Source of the DNA: the human T2T-CHM13v2.0 reference genome, Homo sapiens
Direction: 5' to 3' (one strand)
Assembly: GCF_009914755.1 (NCBI RefSeq)
Contig: NC_060928.1
DNA length: 64,000 bases
The notes under the pieces are model-generated. The model had not been told where the DNA came from and did no database searches. It was given only the letters and a program-made list of their open reading frames with translations. This document shows, one piece after another, positions 13,566-26,164 of this stretch (the stretch's first letter is position 1; every line of letters begins with the position of its first letter). The position numbers and the translations under genes are program-made.

Positions 13566-14736
13566 TGAGGTCTGATGTACTATCAGGGCTCACAATCTGC
13601 TGAACAAGAGAGAAGAGTTACTCACCTGGCGCTGGTGATTGTACATGTGCATTTGGCCATTTTTCTTTTCGAAAGACTCTGCTTTAGGCTCTTGGCTTGA
13701 TTAAAGTTTGATTAAGGACTGAAGAAAAAAAACAAATTGCCCAAATAACAACATTAAACATAATAATACCTTGTTCTTTGGACCAGAGTATTCATTTTTT
13801 TTTTTACCCTATAATTGCAGTGCGATGACGGTAAAGTGGTAAGCTCAAACTTTACTAGTTCCCCTTCATGAAGGGAATGAAGCACATGATGTTGATAAAG
13901 AGATCCTTTTTTTAAAAAAAAAATGTTGCAATTTCTCAGTTTGAAGGGGCTGGCAAATGAGAAAAAACAGAAGTGAGAAATTATTAAACTTCTCCTTCCT
14001 TTTGCTCTTCAAAGATGAGTTCATGCATATGTATAAAGGCCAGATTTCAGCTTAAAAGATTCTCTAAAATATTTTGCTGAACTTAAATTATATTTAATGG
14101 AATGCCAATATATGTTCAATAAAATAATACTTTTTACAACATCATGTGATGGATATTGTGTAGGTATGTTAGTTATCTAAAATACTTCCTCCAGTAATCA
14201 TAACATAATGAGGCAAAAGCTATTTGTTATTTGTTGCTATTTGTGATTCAAATTTTTTTTTTTTTGGTCTTGAAATACAGATGGCTTGTTTGCTCAATAT
14301 GAGTCAACTTACTTTGGGGATTGTATCCTAGATTGCTTCTGTTCCTTCATCATTTGCAGTGACGTGGCTTCATTTGAAATAATGGTCAGGAGAAATACTG
14401 GGCTTTCTTCCTGCTTTATCTTAGCTCACCGTGTATCAGGTAGGCAAATATTGTGTTGACACATCCATCCTCTGCAGAGTTATGCTGCAGGAAGAGTTGC
14501 TACAACACAGGAAGTATGACTGATGGTGAAGCGGCTGTCCATGTGCCAGCTTAGATTTTTTGACCTGTAGTCAAAACATTTATTGACAATCTGATCAAAG
14601 TATGGCTGGGTTATGTTGCTGTGTAGCATTTTGGCCAATCATATGACATTGAGGTACACTGGCGTGGTGCTGGTCACTCTTGAAGTCACATAGGAAGGGT
14701 AAGTTTTAAGTTTAACCTACCTACAAGGATATGAAG

Positions 14737-15057
14737 ATTTCTTGTTAGAGATAAGAGCAACACATAAAAATTAGAAAGTTATAAATGTTAGTGAACCTAA
14801 CATTCTATATATTTCTGCTTCTTTGTGTTAAGTGGTAGAGAAAAGCCTAAAAGTGTAATTCTAAGCGAGGAAAGGAAGAGATCTTGGGATACAGGCCTAA
14901 AAGCTATGATGAGCATTTATTGAATGTTTACTACTTTACAGGAAGAGTGCCAAATACTTTAGGTGGATTATCTTTTAGTCTTCTCTAGAAATCCCCAATT
15001 TTTTACAGATGGGGCTCAGAGAAGTTAAGTAACTAGACTAAATTAACAGAGGCATTA
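14737..15057. repeat. Left arm of a ~320-bp inverted duplication (unique DNA plus part of a MIR)
   Basis: Manual alignment to the reverse complement of 16152-16473: about 35 differences in ~322 positions. Confidence 0.95.
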
Positions 15058-15120
15058 AATAGTGGAGTTGAGATTCATAATCAGGGCATTTTTAATGTAC
15101 AGCTTATGCTATTAATTGCT
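14905..15120 (-). mobile_element. MIR SINE
   Basis: gagcatttattgaatgtttact...ttttacagatggggctcagagaagttaagtaact. Confidence 0.85.
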
Positions 15121-15139
15121 ACAAAATAAGTATTTTCTT

Positions 15140-15468
15140 CTTTATATTTATTTATTTATTTATTTATTTATTTTTGAGACGGAGTCTCGCTCTGTTGCCC
15201 AGGCTAGAGTGCAGTGGTGCCATCCATCTCCGCTCACTGCAAGCTCCGCCTCCCAGGTTCACGCCATTCTTCTGCCTCAGCCTCCCGAGTAGCTGGGACT
15301 ACAGGTGCCTGCCACCACAGCCGGCTAATTTTTTTTTTTTTGTATTTTTAGTAGAGACAGCATTTCACCATGTTAGCCAGGATGGTCTCAATCTCCTGAC
15401 CTCATGATCCACCCACCTCAGCCTCCCAAAGTGCTGGGATTACAGGTATGAGCCACTGTGCCCAGCCC
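15140..15468 (-). mobile_element. AluY-like, antisense, (TTTA)n tail
   Basis: cactgcaagctccgcctcccaggttcacgccattct is Y-diagnostic; TSD aaaataagtattt (15123-15135) / aaaataggtattt (15470-15482). Confidence 0.95.
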
Positions 15469-16020
15469 TAAAATAGGTATTTAAACTGAACATTGTAGTA
15501 TGAATATTGTTAACGGTTTGAGTGAGGATTTTATTATATTACTTGACATTTGACCAAGAAATCCAGTGACACCTGCTTCTTCCTCAGGCCCACAGCTACT
15601 CCTTTTCTCATGAGGTCCCAAGAGAGAGATGTGCACAAGAAATAATGGCAAACTGTACAGAGGCACCAATCTACCAACAATGTAGGGCTTTGCATGTGAC
15701 CCAGCACAAATGGGGATCTTTTACCATCTGTTTCCAAATAAAAAACCACACCAGGACACAAAGAATATCAGATTACCTAACAACACTTGTGGCAAGAAGA
15801 GAAGAAAAGATGGGTAGGTTTATCCAAGGATATAGGCCCTGGCTTAGCTTAATGCTTTGGAGGCACAGGGTATCGACAAATGCCAGAGAGAGATGCCACA
15901 CACACATATAAGAACCAGTAATGCTCTGTCAATACAAACATTGATTGTGGTGCAATTATCATCATGGAATCGGATTCCACTCATATTAATATGCAAGAGA
16001 GAGAAGGGGCATAGAGACCC

Positions 16021-16152
16021 TTCTTGTCCCTTTTTATGGCTGCATAGTACTCCATGGTGTATATGTACCACATTTCCTTTTTCCAGTCTATCATCGAAGG
16101 GCATTCAGGTTGATTCCCTGTCGTTGCTATTGTGAATAGTGCTGCAATGAAT
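16021..16152 (-). mobile_element. Short internal L1PA fragment (ORF2 C-terminus), no poly(A) tail
   Basis: Minus-strand translation [10 protein letters not shown]...[28 protein letters not shown]. Confidence 0.92.
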
Positions 16153-16473
16153 AATACCTGTGTGAATTTAGTCAAGTTACTTAACTTCTCTGAGCCCCGT
16201 CTGTAAAATATGGGGGGATTTTTAGAGAAACCTAAAAGATAATCCACCTAAAGAATTTGGCACTGTTCCTGAAAAATAGTAAACATTCAATAAATACTCA
16301 TCATAGCTTTTAGGCCTATGTCCCAAGATCTCTCCCTTTCCTCACTTACAATTACACTTTTAGGCTTTTCTGTACCATTTAACACAAAGAAGCAAAAATT
16401 CATAGATGTTAGGTTTACGACCATTTATAACTTTCTAATTTTTTATTTGTCAGTCTTATCTCTAACAAGAAAT
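16152..16473. repeat. Right arm of the inverted duplication
   Basis: Reverse complement of 14737-15057 at ~89% identity. Confidence 0.95.
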
Positions 16474-16559
16474 TTCTTATTATGCCCTTATTATTACTTA
16501 TACAATAATAAAGAGGAAGAGAAGCAACCAGGCATCTCATGATGGAGGAGAAGTGTGCT

Positions 16560-17100
16560 CGAAGACAACATTAGAGCTAGGAGAGTCTTTGGTTTTTGAA
16601 GATACAAAGTTGCAAGGGCTGCCGGATCATCGGACTGCAGATGCCATGTAGGTGACTGGATCTACAACGGGGAAGAGACAGGGCTTGAGGTACAGATTTT
16701 TAAGTAATTTGCAGAGAGATGCTAGGAAAGAGCAGAGTACAAATAAATGGAATCTTCAGAGAATTCACCTAAAAGGGGTCATTAGTAGGAAGATACTCCA
16801 GCCAAGGGAATACAGGAAAAACAGCAGTAGAAGCGGGTGGGGACAGAGCAGTAACTCCAAAAAGAAGAGGAGTTCAAAAAGCAGACTTAAATTATACAAA
16901 AACCATTTAGAGAGGCCCAGAGGGATGTAGACTCTAAAGGGAATTTTAATCAGAAGGGAATTAATAATGACATTTGAGAAGCAGTTTCAGTAGAATGGAA
17001 AGAATGGAAATTCAAATTATAGGAGTCTGGCTGGGGGAAATGATGAAAAACAGAAGGAACAGTTCTAGAATACATATATCACACTTGCAGAAAAAAAGTA
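16560..17100 (-). mobile_element. L2 fragment, antisense
   Basis: ggggaagagacagggcttgaggtacagattt and tgacatttgagaagcagtttcagtagaatgg. Confidence 0.65.
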
Positions 17101-17199
17101 AGATAGTGGCAAGAGGTAGGCAAGGCTACAGATTATTATTATTTATATGGAAGACAAGTAGGGAAAAGTAAAATGCTGGCCTGATAATGAGTTGTAGTA

Positions 17200-17462
17200 A
17201 TACTTACCACTATCTGATATTTTCTCATTTATTTGCTTGTTGATTGAGCATTCATTGTCTGTCATCTCCAACTGGAATATAAGGTTCAGAAGAATGGGGT
17301 CTTGCCTGCCATGTTCAAAGAGGAATACTTTTGCTGGAATATAAGCTCCACTAAACCTTGTCTCAGTTGTTCTTTGCTAGATCGCCAATGCTCAAAACAG
17401 TGCCCATCACACTGTGAGTGCTCAATGAATATTTGTTGAGTAAATGAATGAATTAATGAATC
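17200..17462 (+). mobile_element. L2 3' end
   Basis: ctggaatataag occurs twice; gtgctcaatgaatatttgttgagtaaatgaatgaat tail. Confidence 0.85.
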
Positions 17463-17714
17463 AACTCCCAGTTTCTGCAATAGTCCTTAGTATTTAGAGG
17501 GTACTTGAGCACTCACATTCATTGTTTTAGAAATTAATTGTGAATATGAGATGAAAAAAGAATAAGAAGTAGTGGTGAGATTCAGCTGAAGCTGAATGGT
17601 ATATCTTTGCAGTGGGTCAAAGTGGCACGTTTTGTATCTTCTAAGTATTCTCTAGGAATACTTAGCAGCCAATTAATGGATTAATATTATTGATCAGAGG
17701 AAAACAGTGTCTTT

Positions 17715-17855
17715 AGTGACTCCATTGTGTTCCACATGCTGTTCTAAGTGCTTTCTCTGTTTTAACTTATTTAATTCTCATAATAGCTACATGATGAGCA
17801 CCATTATCATTCTCATTTTACAAGGGAGAAACTGAAGCACAGAGAGGTTTAGCTA
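17715..17855 (-). mobile_element. MIR SINE
   Basis: ctcattttacaagggagaaactgaagcacagagaggtt. Confidence 0.85.
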
Positions 17856-18095
17856 AAAAGGATGGTTGAAATGAATCAGGATTGGAAATTACAGCCATTG
17901 TGACATATTAGAGGTGAGAATTTCAAATATGGTGTTGAAGACAACATTAAAATAGCTTTCTCTAAAATTCGACAGGGTAAGGAGCCCAGTCTGATAAGGA
18001 GATGAGCATTCAGAAGTGAGTGAGAGGGAGTAATGAAATGACTTGGTGCGAGTGATGAAATCAGAATGTCAGAGTCCAAAGAGATCTTAGGGATC

Positions 18096-18447
18096 TGCTG
18101 TAGACTACATCTTTGTATCCCCTCCAAATATACATGTTGAACCCTAATCTTCAATATGATGATGTTACGAGGTAGAGCCTTTGGGAGTTGAGTAATTTCA
18201 TGAGGGCAGAGAATGGAATTAGTGTCCTTATAAAAGAGGCCCTGAGAGAGCTCCCTCACCCCTTCTGCCATGTGAGGTTACAGGAAGAAGTGGAGGTACC
18301 AGGAAGTGGGCCCTTACTAGACATAATATCTGCGGTGTCTTGATCTTGAATTTCCCAACCTACAGAACTGTGAGAAATAACTTTCTGTAGTTTATAAGCC
18401 ACCCAGCCTATGGTGTTTTGTTATAGCCGCCCAAACAGTCTAAAACA
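18096..18447 (+). mobile_element. MaLR solo LTR (MLT1A/A0-like)
   Basis: TG...CA termini, ccttataaaagaggccctgagagagctccctcacc, near-identical 5-bp flanks ggatc/agatc. Confidence 0.9.
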
Positions 18448-18529
18448 AGATCCTTTAGCAGAATTCCCTTACCTTACAAAAACACTTTACCTCTAACTGA
18501 GATTTTGCATTTTCTTCAATTAACAATGT

Positions 18530-18905
18530 AGCCCACAAATCACAGTATTATAACAGTACCTGCAATTTGGTCACCTATAGAAATGACAGATATTTCCAGA
18601 TATTTATGATTGTAGCAGTTATCTCGTGGTATCATTTATAATAGTCTCCAATTCAAAATTACAGTGTTTATTACAACTTCCAGTAGATCATTTTATTGAT
18701 TGTGTTAATAAAGAAACATAGATATTAGTATATGCTACAATTTTGTTTTTTAAATATTTGACAACTGTGCAAACTGCATAAAAATAATAATTTTTTCTAT
18801 AATCCTTTTATTTTATTTTATACATTTAAAATCATTCTTCTGAGAAGGGTTTCACAGGCTTCACCAGACTGCCAAAGGGGTCTATGCCCCAAATGATTAC
18901 CCCTA
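18530..18905. mobile_element. hAT-Charlie family DNA transposon fossil
   Basis: ctgagaagggtttcacaggcttcaccagactgccaaaggggtctatg resembles a Charlie-type end; left boundary uncertain. Confidence 0.6.
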
Positions 18906-19779
18906 GAAAGAGAGGCTTACAGAGCTTGTGGGACCCAAGCTTGTGGATGGCTAATGAGTGTCAGCACTGAAGCCAGACCCATATTTTCTAAGTTCTGATT
19001 GACAGAGTCTCTCACCACTACTAGGAGGATGCATTTGGTATGGAGAGAGTGAGAAGTTCTGCTTGTAGAAATGGACGAGTAACAAGGGCAAGTGGGATAT
19101 GAATGGTTTGAGTTGGGTGGTTGGGATCCCTGTTAATGTCTTCTCCTTCTCAAACTCTCTCACACACATGTTGAGAAAGTAAATCTTTCAGTCTAGTGTG
19201 GTGAAGAGTGTTTTGTGAGCAGCCTCTATCTTAGAAAGTTGTACCCAATATTTGATGAGCTTTTTATTCCATTATCAAATCCCAACTTATCTGCTCATTC
19301 TTACCCGGGGTTGGGTCAGGACCAATCTCTCTTGGATTCTGACATTATCCTTCTATTGTATTATGCTTTCAGAAGTCTGCAGAGCTTTTCCAGGAATGCT
19401 TTAAGATCACAACTTTCCCACCTTGGACACTGCCTCCATGGGAAGCTTCCCAATCTTCTCTGTCCCTGTTAAGAAGAAGGGGCCTGGATACTCTGTGGAG
19501 AGGGATTGAGTGATAGGAAGCAAGGAAATTCTAGAAAGAGAGAGAATGAGGGCAAGGCTGATTGGGGACATTGGATTGCATGTAAAAGGAATTCAGTAGG
19601 ACACAACCAGAGAATCTAGCTGAAGAGGTGTAGGTAAGTATTAGGTTTAGGAGGTAGTGGCATGGTTGAGAGATTTGCTCAGCAAAGTTTTTGTGAAAAA
19701 TGGTGGAGGAGCACTTCAGTGAACAGGCGAGCATGATGGATAGATCAGAAACATTGCAAGAAAGAAGGAGAAAGGACCT

Positions 19780-20010
19780 AACCTTGACTGGGTACCTACC
19801 ATGTGCTGAACATTGGTAGACAACATACTATCTCATTGAATCTTTAGCAGCTGTGTGAGACAGTTGTGATGCCCATATTACAACATGAGGAAAATTAAAC
19901 TCATAAAATCAAATGACTGACTTGCTAGTGTTACCATGTAGAAATTGGAATTTCAAGTCAAGCTTAACTTATTCCAAGCCCCTTGTATTTTTCTCAGTTT
20001 CATGATGCTT
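19780..20010 (-). mobile_element. MIR SINE
   Basis: gggtacctaccatgtgctg...tatctcattgaatct...catgaggaaaattaa. Confidence 0.7.
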
Positions 20011-21399
20011 TCCAAAGAATAAGGAGGCATTTGGAGGGCTAGGAAATAGGACAAAGCAATAGGAGATGCAAAGGGGTATACATGGATATATGTTCCTCAT
20101 CAATACAGTCTGAGAATGAGGCAGAGAGAGACACTGAGGGTTTTACTTTTCCTCTCAAGTATCTGCTATTGACTTTCACTACTCCCCTCCTCTATATGAG
20201 ATATGGGTTTCTTTTGGAATGAAAATGACTATATTCCTGTATTATAGTAACACAATATAACAGCCCTCTAAATAGGATGCTAATAAAATAACAATACATT
20301 GCAAACATCTTTGCTTCTGGAGATTTTTATTGTGGTATCCTGCTAGGAGTGAACTCTGTTTGAACTGCAATGAGTAAACTATTGGGGAAACACATTTTTT
20401 TTCTTTTTGGATATAGCACACAAGAATAAACTCTTCTCGCTGCCAACTTGTAGTATCACATAAACCTGAGGAGAGATTTTCTTGTTGCTGGGGATGATAT
20501 GTAGCCTTCAGACAAGCAGGGGCCAAAAGAGGATGGTATCTTTCCATGGAAACAGAGGACACTGGCTTGACATACATACTTGAAAAGTATGAAACGTCTC
20601 ATAATTCTGGAGAGAAAATATTCTTTTGCTATTTCTAAAAAAGCAAAACATTTTAAAAGTTTTCTTTCAAGTTTTTTCTCATCTGATTAACTTTCTGGAA
20701 AAATAGAATATTTTATTTTCCAAGTTAGATTCTAATATTTCTGTGCCATACTCTGTATCAGGAAAGTAAATTTACTCAATAAAAATAAAAAAGCCATTTT
20801 TTAAATATTTTACCTTTCTTTGTAACAACCAGTCATAAGGTTAAGAAAATATAAGTAAACATTTTGAGAATGAGAAATGTGTGCAATAAGTCACATTAGT
20901 GAGTTCAGTTTGTCAGAAATGCTTATTGTAATCTCATCTTCATTCAGTAAGCACAGGAAATACAATCAGTAGGGTAAAACTTTAGCCATGTAAAGGTTTT
21001 TCTGCACGTCTGTGAAAAGAGAACCAACAATTTAACACTAAGTGATCTTTTAAAGCTTGTGTGTGTGTGTGTGACCTTTCTTTCCCTCAAACACCTCAAA
21101 GCATGTTTTTTCCCCCCTATTAGGCACCCTGGACAAATGTAAATATCTCCAGGATTACAGTAAAACAGATTTTCTGTATTTATTTCTTCTTGGATGAACA
21201 TTTGGCTCTACTCTTCATAAATCTTTCTTGTTTGTTTGTTTGTTTATAGGTGTCAAATAACTAAAGGTATGGAAAAACAATATTTTTTACTCTTTGCAAT
21301 TTTTCTAGGGTGTCAGGTTTGCTGAGAGTCCTGGCTTATTAATGTACCTGACTTTTCCAGCATTTATCACAAATGTAAATGAACAGTCTGTGGTGTAGC

Positions 21400-21910
21400 C
21401 TGTTTTCAGGATTGCTCTGATGATCATGTTGCTATGGTGATAACAGAGCATACAGGTTCATGAGACAGTATTAGTAATGCAGCAGCTTGAAACTTAATCA
21501 GCGCGCTGCGACTTCTCCCCCATATTTCAATACCACTTCGGCAAATTGAATTCCAGGCAGTTGTCAGTCCGATGTATTCCCCGTGGTTTCTCCTCTGCAA
21601 AATTGCCTCTTTATTCTATACACTGATGATCATGGAGTAATTGAAATCTGCAGCTGTTTGTCATGCTATTTATACAACTCTGTCTTGTAGCCAGCAACCT
21701 TTTTATGGCACGCACTGCAGGTAACAATTAGATCTAGAAACCTTTTTTTGGTTGAACAAGTGAATGATTGTTTTTCCCAAAATACTCCTGATTTTGGGTA
21801 CTTTATGTGATACCTTGTTTTGTGGGGGAAAGTTCAGCCAAGGTTTAATCACAGTCCATTATGGCAGCATGACGGGGGCTTTGCATTCTTTGCTTCCAAT
21901 GATTGTGAGA
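21400..21910. promoter_or_regulatory. Candidate conserved non-coding enhancer
   Basis: Repeat-free, 7 CpGs in 21480-21720, RFX-like GTTGCTATGGTGAT, E-box CAGCTG, MEF2-like CTATTTATAC, HOX/CDX TTTATGG. Confidence 0.5.
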
Positions 21911-24302
21911 CAACTGGAGTGTTGGGTAAAAGGGCTCACTCCTCAGGGAAGGTGCCCCCCGATTCCCCAACAATCTGCTCTCCAGCTGTGTCAAAAACAG
22001 GACTCTCCAGCTTCTAGTGGCCCTGAAACATTTGCAACAATAGATGTGAAAACACAATTCAGTGTGGAAAAGAAAGCAATGATCTGGGGCACGTGGCATG
22101 GCTTGGGCATGGAATAATGCTTTCTCTTTAGGCTGCTTTGCAAGTAGGGAACTTAAGCCCTTTTCCTCTTTCCCAGTGAACTGATCCATTATCAAGTCTC
22201 CTATTGCCCTTTTTGGGTTGTTTTGAGGGTCACTACATGATTTTTTTTTCTGAACGTGAAATCCAAGGGGACATAAACTGAGCTTTATTTGAAGCCCAGC
22301 AGGTAGAAAATTTCCCTTCTCTTATGTTCCCTGTAATATGAGCTGAAATAAATGGGAAGCTATTGCCTTTCTCCTCCCAGCTGAAGGTAGATGATTCCAC
22401 TTGATGTGTTCCCTCTGCTAAAAAGAGAAAGGGAGAGAGAGAGGGAGAGAGAATGATCGTATGAGATGGCCACGGAGGATTTCCTGTTTCTGTAAAATAA
22501 AATGAAATTACTGGACAAGAGCCGGGCCTTTAGAGATTCAGGAGGTAGTTGGTCTGTCTCCTCTCTCCAGGGCCCATCAATAGTTTTCTCTCCTGCATTC
22601 TGTCCTTTTCTGACCATTGACTGAAGACCACAGTTACCTGCTTTCCAGTTAGGCCGCTCCCTCCTGTTGTGTGTCTTATCTTTTCTTCCCTTCTGCCCCC
22701 TCACTCTCTCCTGGGTCTTGCTGTTGTGGTATTCAGGCACTGACATTGTCTAGGCATTCTTTGTGTGTTTTAAAAGTTATTGGAGGTCAATCTGTGAAGA
22801 GTCTTTTGTTGTTGTTGTCGTTGTGGAATGCCAGCTGGGTATAGAAAAAAAGAGAAAGTTGCTGGAGGGATCTTAATGGAATAATCAGGAACAAACATGA
22901 GTTGCATCTCTATACTGCATAGCCAATGCAAATATGAGAGAGAATTTTTGCACTGTGTTTTGAAATACTGTTTTTTTAAAAGAAAATTTTTGGGAAAGTT
23001 GTTCAGCAACTTGACAGTGTTCTAACTTAGCTAGCTATTGCTTTCTGGCCAGTATGTTGCAGTGTGATATCGATCTCTTCACAACAGATGGCTTTATATG
23101 TGCATAGAAGAGCTGATGGCAAAGCTGAAACTTAGTGGATATTGGTGAATTGATGACAGCTGATGATCTCAGAAATATCTCTTTAGCATCACTTAGATTT
23201 ATCCTTTCTTTATCTTCCTCAAGGCTTCATAAGTATTCCCCCTTCTCAATCCCTTTCATAAATACTTAATTTAAATGCCAATAAAATTTCAAGGGCAGAG
23301 GTATAATCAGGACAGAGGGCACCAACATTTAGAGAATACCGAAATTTAAAATAATCTTTAAAAAAGATTGCTACATTTACATGTTTACAGCATACGCATG
23401 CCGTCAGCTTGCAGGAACAACTGATCTTAATACCTACTTAGCAAGAATGTTTGGTTAAAACAGGAGGCTACCAGATGGCTCAGCATTGTTAATAGCGCCC
23501 ATCTGAGAGCAGCATCATGAATTACAAAGTTGAGGGCAAAATTTAAGACTCCAGGTGGCAAAATGAAAACAAAAAAATTGCTTAAATTTTTTATTTTTAA
23601 AAGGAAAAGAAATGAATGCTGCATTGCAAAGTGGAAATACTCTTTTGTAATATGCTAGTTGTTAGTAAGTTATACAGAATTTGCTGTGACTTGATTTGCT
23701 GCAAGTTAACCCAAGTTGCTTAGAATTGTTGTGCCATGGGTTCTTGTATTTTTTTTCTTTTTTGGTGCTAGAATTATCTGTTATGACTCAAAGTGCACGC
23801 TGATGATAGTAGGGAGTCTGTAGGCTCATCTTGCGCTCGTGGGGTTTTGTTTTTGAGGACTCCAGTAACCCTTTTGACATCACAGAAGGGGTCTGTCGAA
23901 TTCTACCTCGTGGTGGTTTTCCAGTTTTGAGCCACAGTAAACCGGTATATCTCAAGTCCAGAATAGGTGCTTTGCAGAAGGAAGTTGCATCTCTCAAACA
24001 CAAAGCCTAGGAATTAGACCTTAGTCTTGAGATATAGGAAGATCCAAGTATTTTTACCTTTCTTGATCTCCCTATGTGTGTCTCTGTGTGTATTTTTCCC
24101 AGGTAAGTTAGGAACAATGTAATCACTAGGGAAAGTGCTATGATTCTGTATTTATAGTAGTACTGCAAAGAAAAGTTATACATACCGTTCACTCAGGTTG
24201 TATAAAATAGACTAACAATCCAAATCCATACTTTTGGAACATTTGGTTTCACATTTGAAGCCCAGGTACAGTATGTGGCCTTGCATGGCACTGACTCTGT
24301 GT

Positions 24303-25400
24303 ACTTATTCATTCATTTATTAATCGAACACATTTATTGTACTGAATACCAAGAACTTGTGAGTACAGTCAAGAGCAAAATAGACAAAAATCCCTGTCCT
24401 CATGGAGCATATAGTTTATTTAAAGGAGACAGACAAAGAGCAGGATAATTAAATAAATTATACAGCATGTTACATAATGACAAGTGCTAAGGAGAAAAAG
24501 CAGGGATGGAGTATAGTGCTATGGTGGAGGCGAGCTGCAATTTTAAGTGGGTGATTAGAGAGGGCTACACTGAGCAGGCAGCACCTGAGCAAAGATCTGA
24601 AGAAGGCAAGCCATAGAACTATTGGAGAGAAGAGAAGAACTATCGGGTGAAGGCTCTGAGGGAAGAGAGTGCCTGGCACACAGAAGAGACCAGTGCAGCT
24701 GGTGTGTGATATGTGAGTGTGAGGTCAGTGGGGAGAAGTGAGCTGACTATGGGGCGAGGTGGTGGAGGGCTTCCTGTAGGACATCAGCTTCTACTGTGAC
24801 TCAGATGGAAAGCAACTGGAAGAAAGGAGGTGCATTTCCTGAGATAGGGGAGACTGCAGGAGAAGCAGATTTGGGGTAGAGTATGGTGACTAGGAGCCTG
24901 GATTTGGCCATGTTGTTTGAGGTACCTGTTAGACCTCTAAGTAGAGGTGCCAAATAGGCAGTTAGATAAACAAATCTGGAGTTCAGGAAGAGACCTGGGT
25001 TAGAGACGCAAATGGGAGTCATTGGTGAAAATGGTGTTTACAGTCGTGAGGCTGGATAATATTCACAAGGCAGCATAAAAGTCCATTGGGAGTTGGTATT
25101 GATGAGTTTAAGTGAGACCAATAGCGTGTCTGGGTGTTTTCCTCCAGCCCTGTTCTCCTGCTGGTATATGTGCCTAGGGTACAGATTTGGATATAATCAG
25201 GGTTGTGTTTTTCCAAAACAGTACGACAAAGCAAAAGGGGGAAGTGAGTAGAGGGTGTGCAAGGAAGTGATTACAATAAGGAATCATGGAGTTTACCTGG
25301 TATGGAGGGTAATGAGCACATAAACGGATGGGTTCACAAAAAAGTGGTAGGATCAGTGGATTATATGTCCTGAGGAGCTTCAGGGTTCTTCAATCAAAAC
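24303..25400 (-). mobile_element. L2 (L2a-like), antisense, long fragment
   Basis: attcattcatttatt tail, ccctgtcctcatggagc, gagatagggagactgcaggagaagcagatttgggg-type and ctggagttcaggaagag phrases. Confidence 0.88.
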
Positions 25401-25454
25401 CATAGAAGAGTTGGAGTTCATTGCAATGATAGAGTTTATGGCTATTGTCTGATG

Positions 25455-25710
25455 GTGGGCTATACCCATTTTAACTGCTGTAAAGTCAGTTTAATAGATC
25501 AAGGTCAGCATCATTAAATGATATAGGAAGGAATGAAAAATATGAGAATATATTATAAGTTAAAAAGACAAGCATTGCTTTTTGAAATGTTTGTTTCAAT
25601 TATATATATTTATATAAATTATGTTCATGTAGAGGTCTATTTGCATTGGGTCATAGTGTAAAGTATATTTCTTAATTTAGAACAAGGTCAAAAAGTTTGT
25701 AAAACACTGT
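25455..25710. mobile_element. hAT-Charlie-type MITE fossil
   Basis: ttgggtcatagtgtaaagtatatttctt...ggtcaaaaagtttgtaaaacactg end motif. Confidence 0.55.
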
Positions 25711-26164
25711 AGGGTTGGTTCATGACAATGCATAGCTGAGGATAAGGTTATTGGAAGTGTCTGTGTATTCCGAACAGTCTAGCAAAGAACCAGCCAGTTC
25801 CTGAGCCAACATCCTGTGTGGAGTGAAATTGATACCCCAGCATCTCCAAACCAAACAATCATACACTTATAAAAGACTGTGTTGCTAGACTTGCATGTTT
25901 CCTTCAAAACTAGACTAAATACCTTTAAAGCTATTCTCTCTCTATCCTTTGAAAATTAATAAAAGCTATAATTGTTTATTTTTCCTTTTATATCCAGTGG
26001 AGAAATATGTATTTGGTCTTACCAGATTTCCTTCAGGCCGAACCAAAACTTTCCCAATTGCACTTTTATTTTCATGGACAAGGTAACATTATTTAGAAAA
26101 TATATGATTTTTCTTAGGTTAAAAATAAAGTACTCCTAGACACCTCAATTTCATGGCAAAACTT

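Noticed and set aside
21572-21600. Shared ATGTATTCCCC with 30320 and 2270
   Set aside because: An 11-mer match is expected by chance at this scale and also occurs inside an L1.
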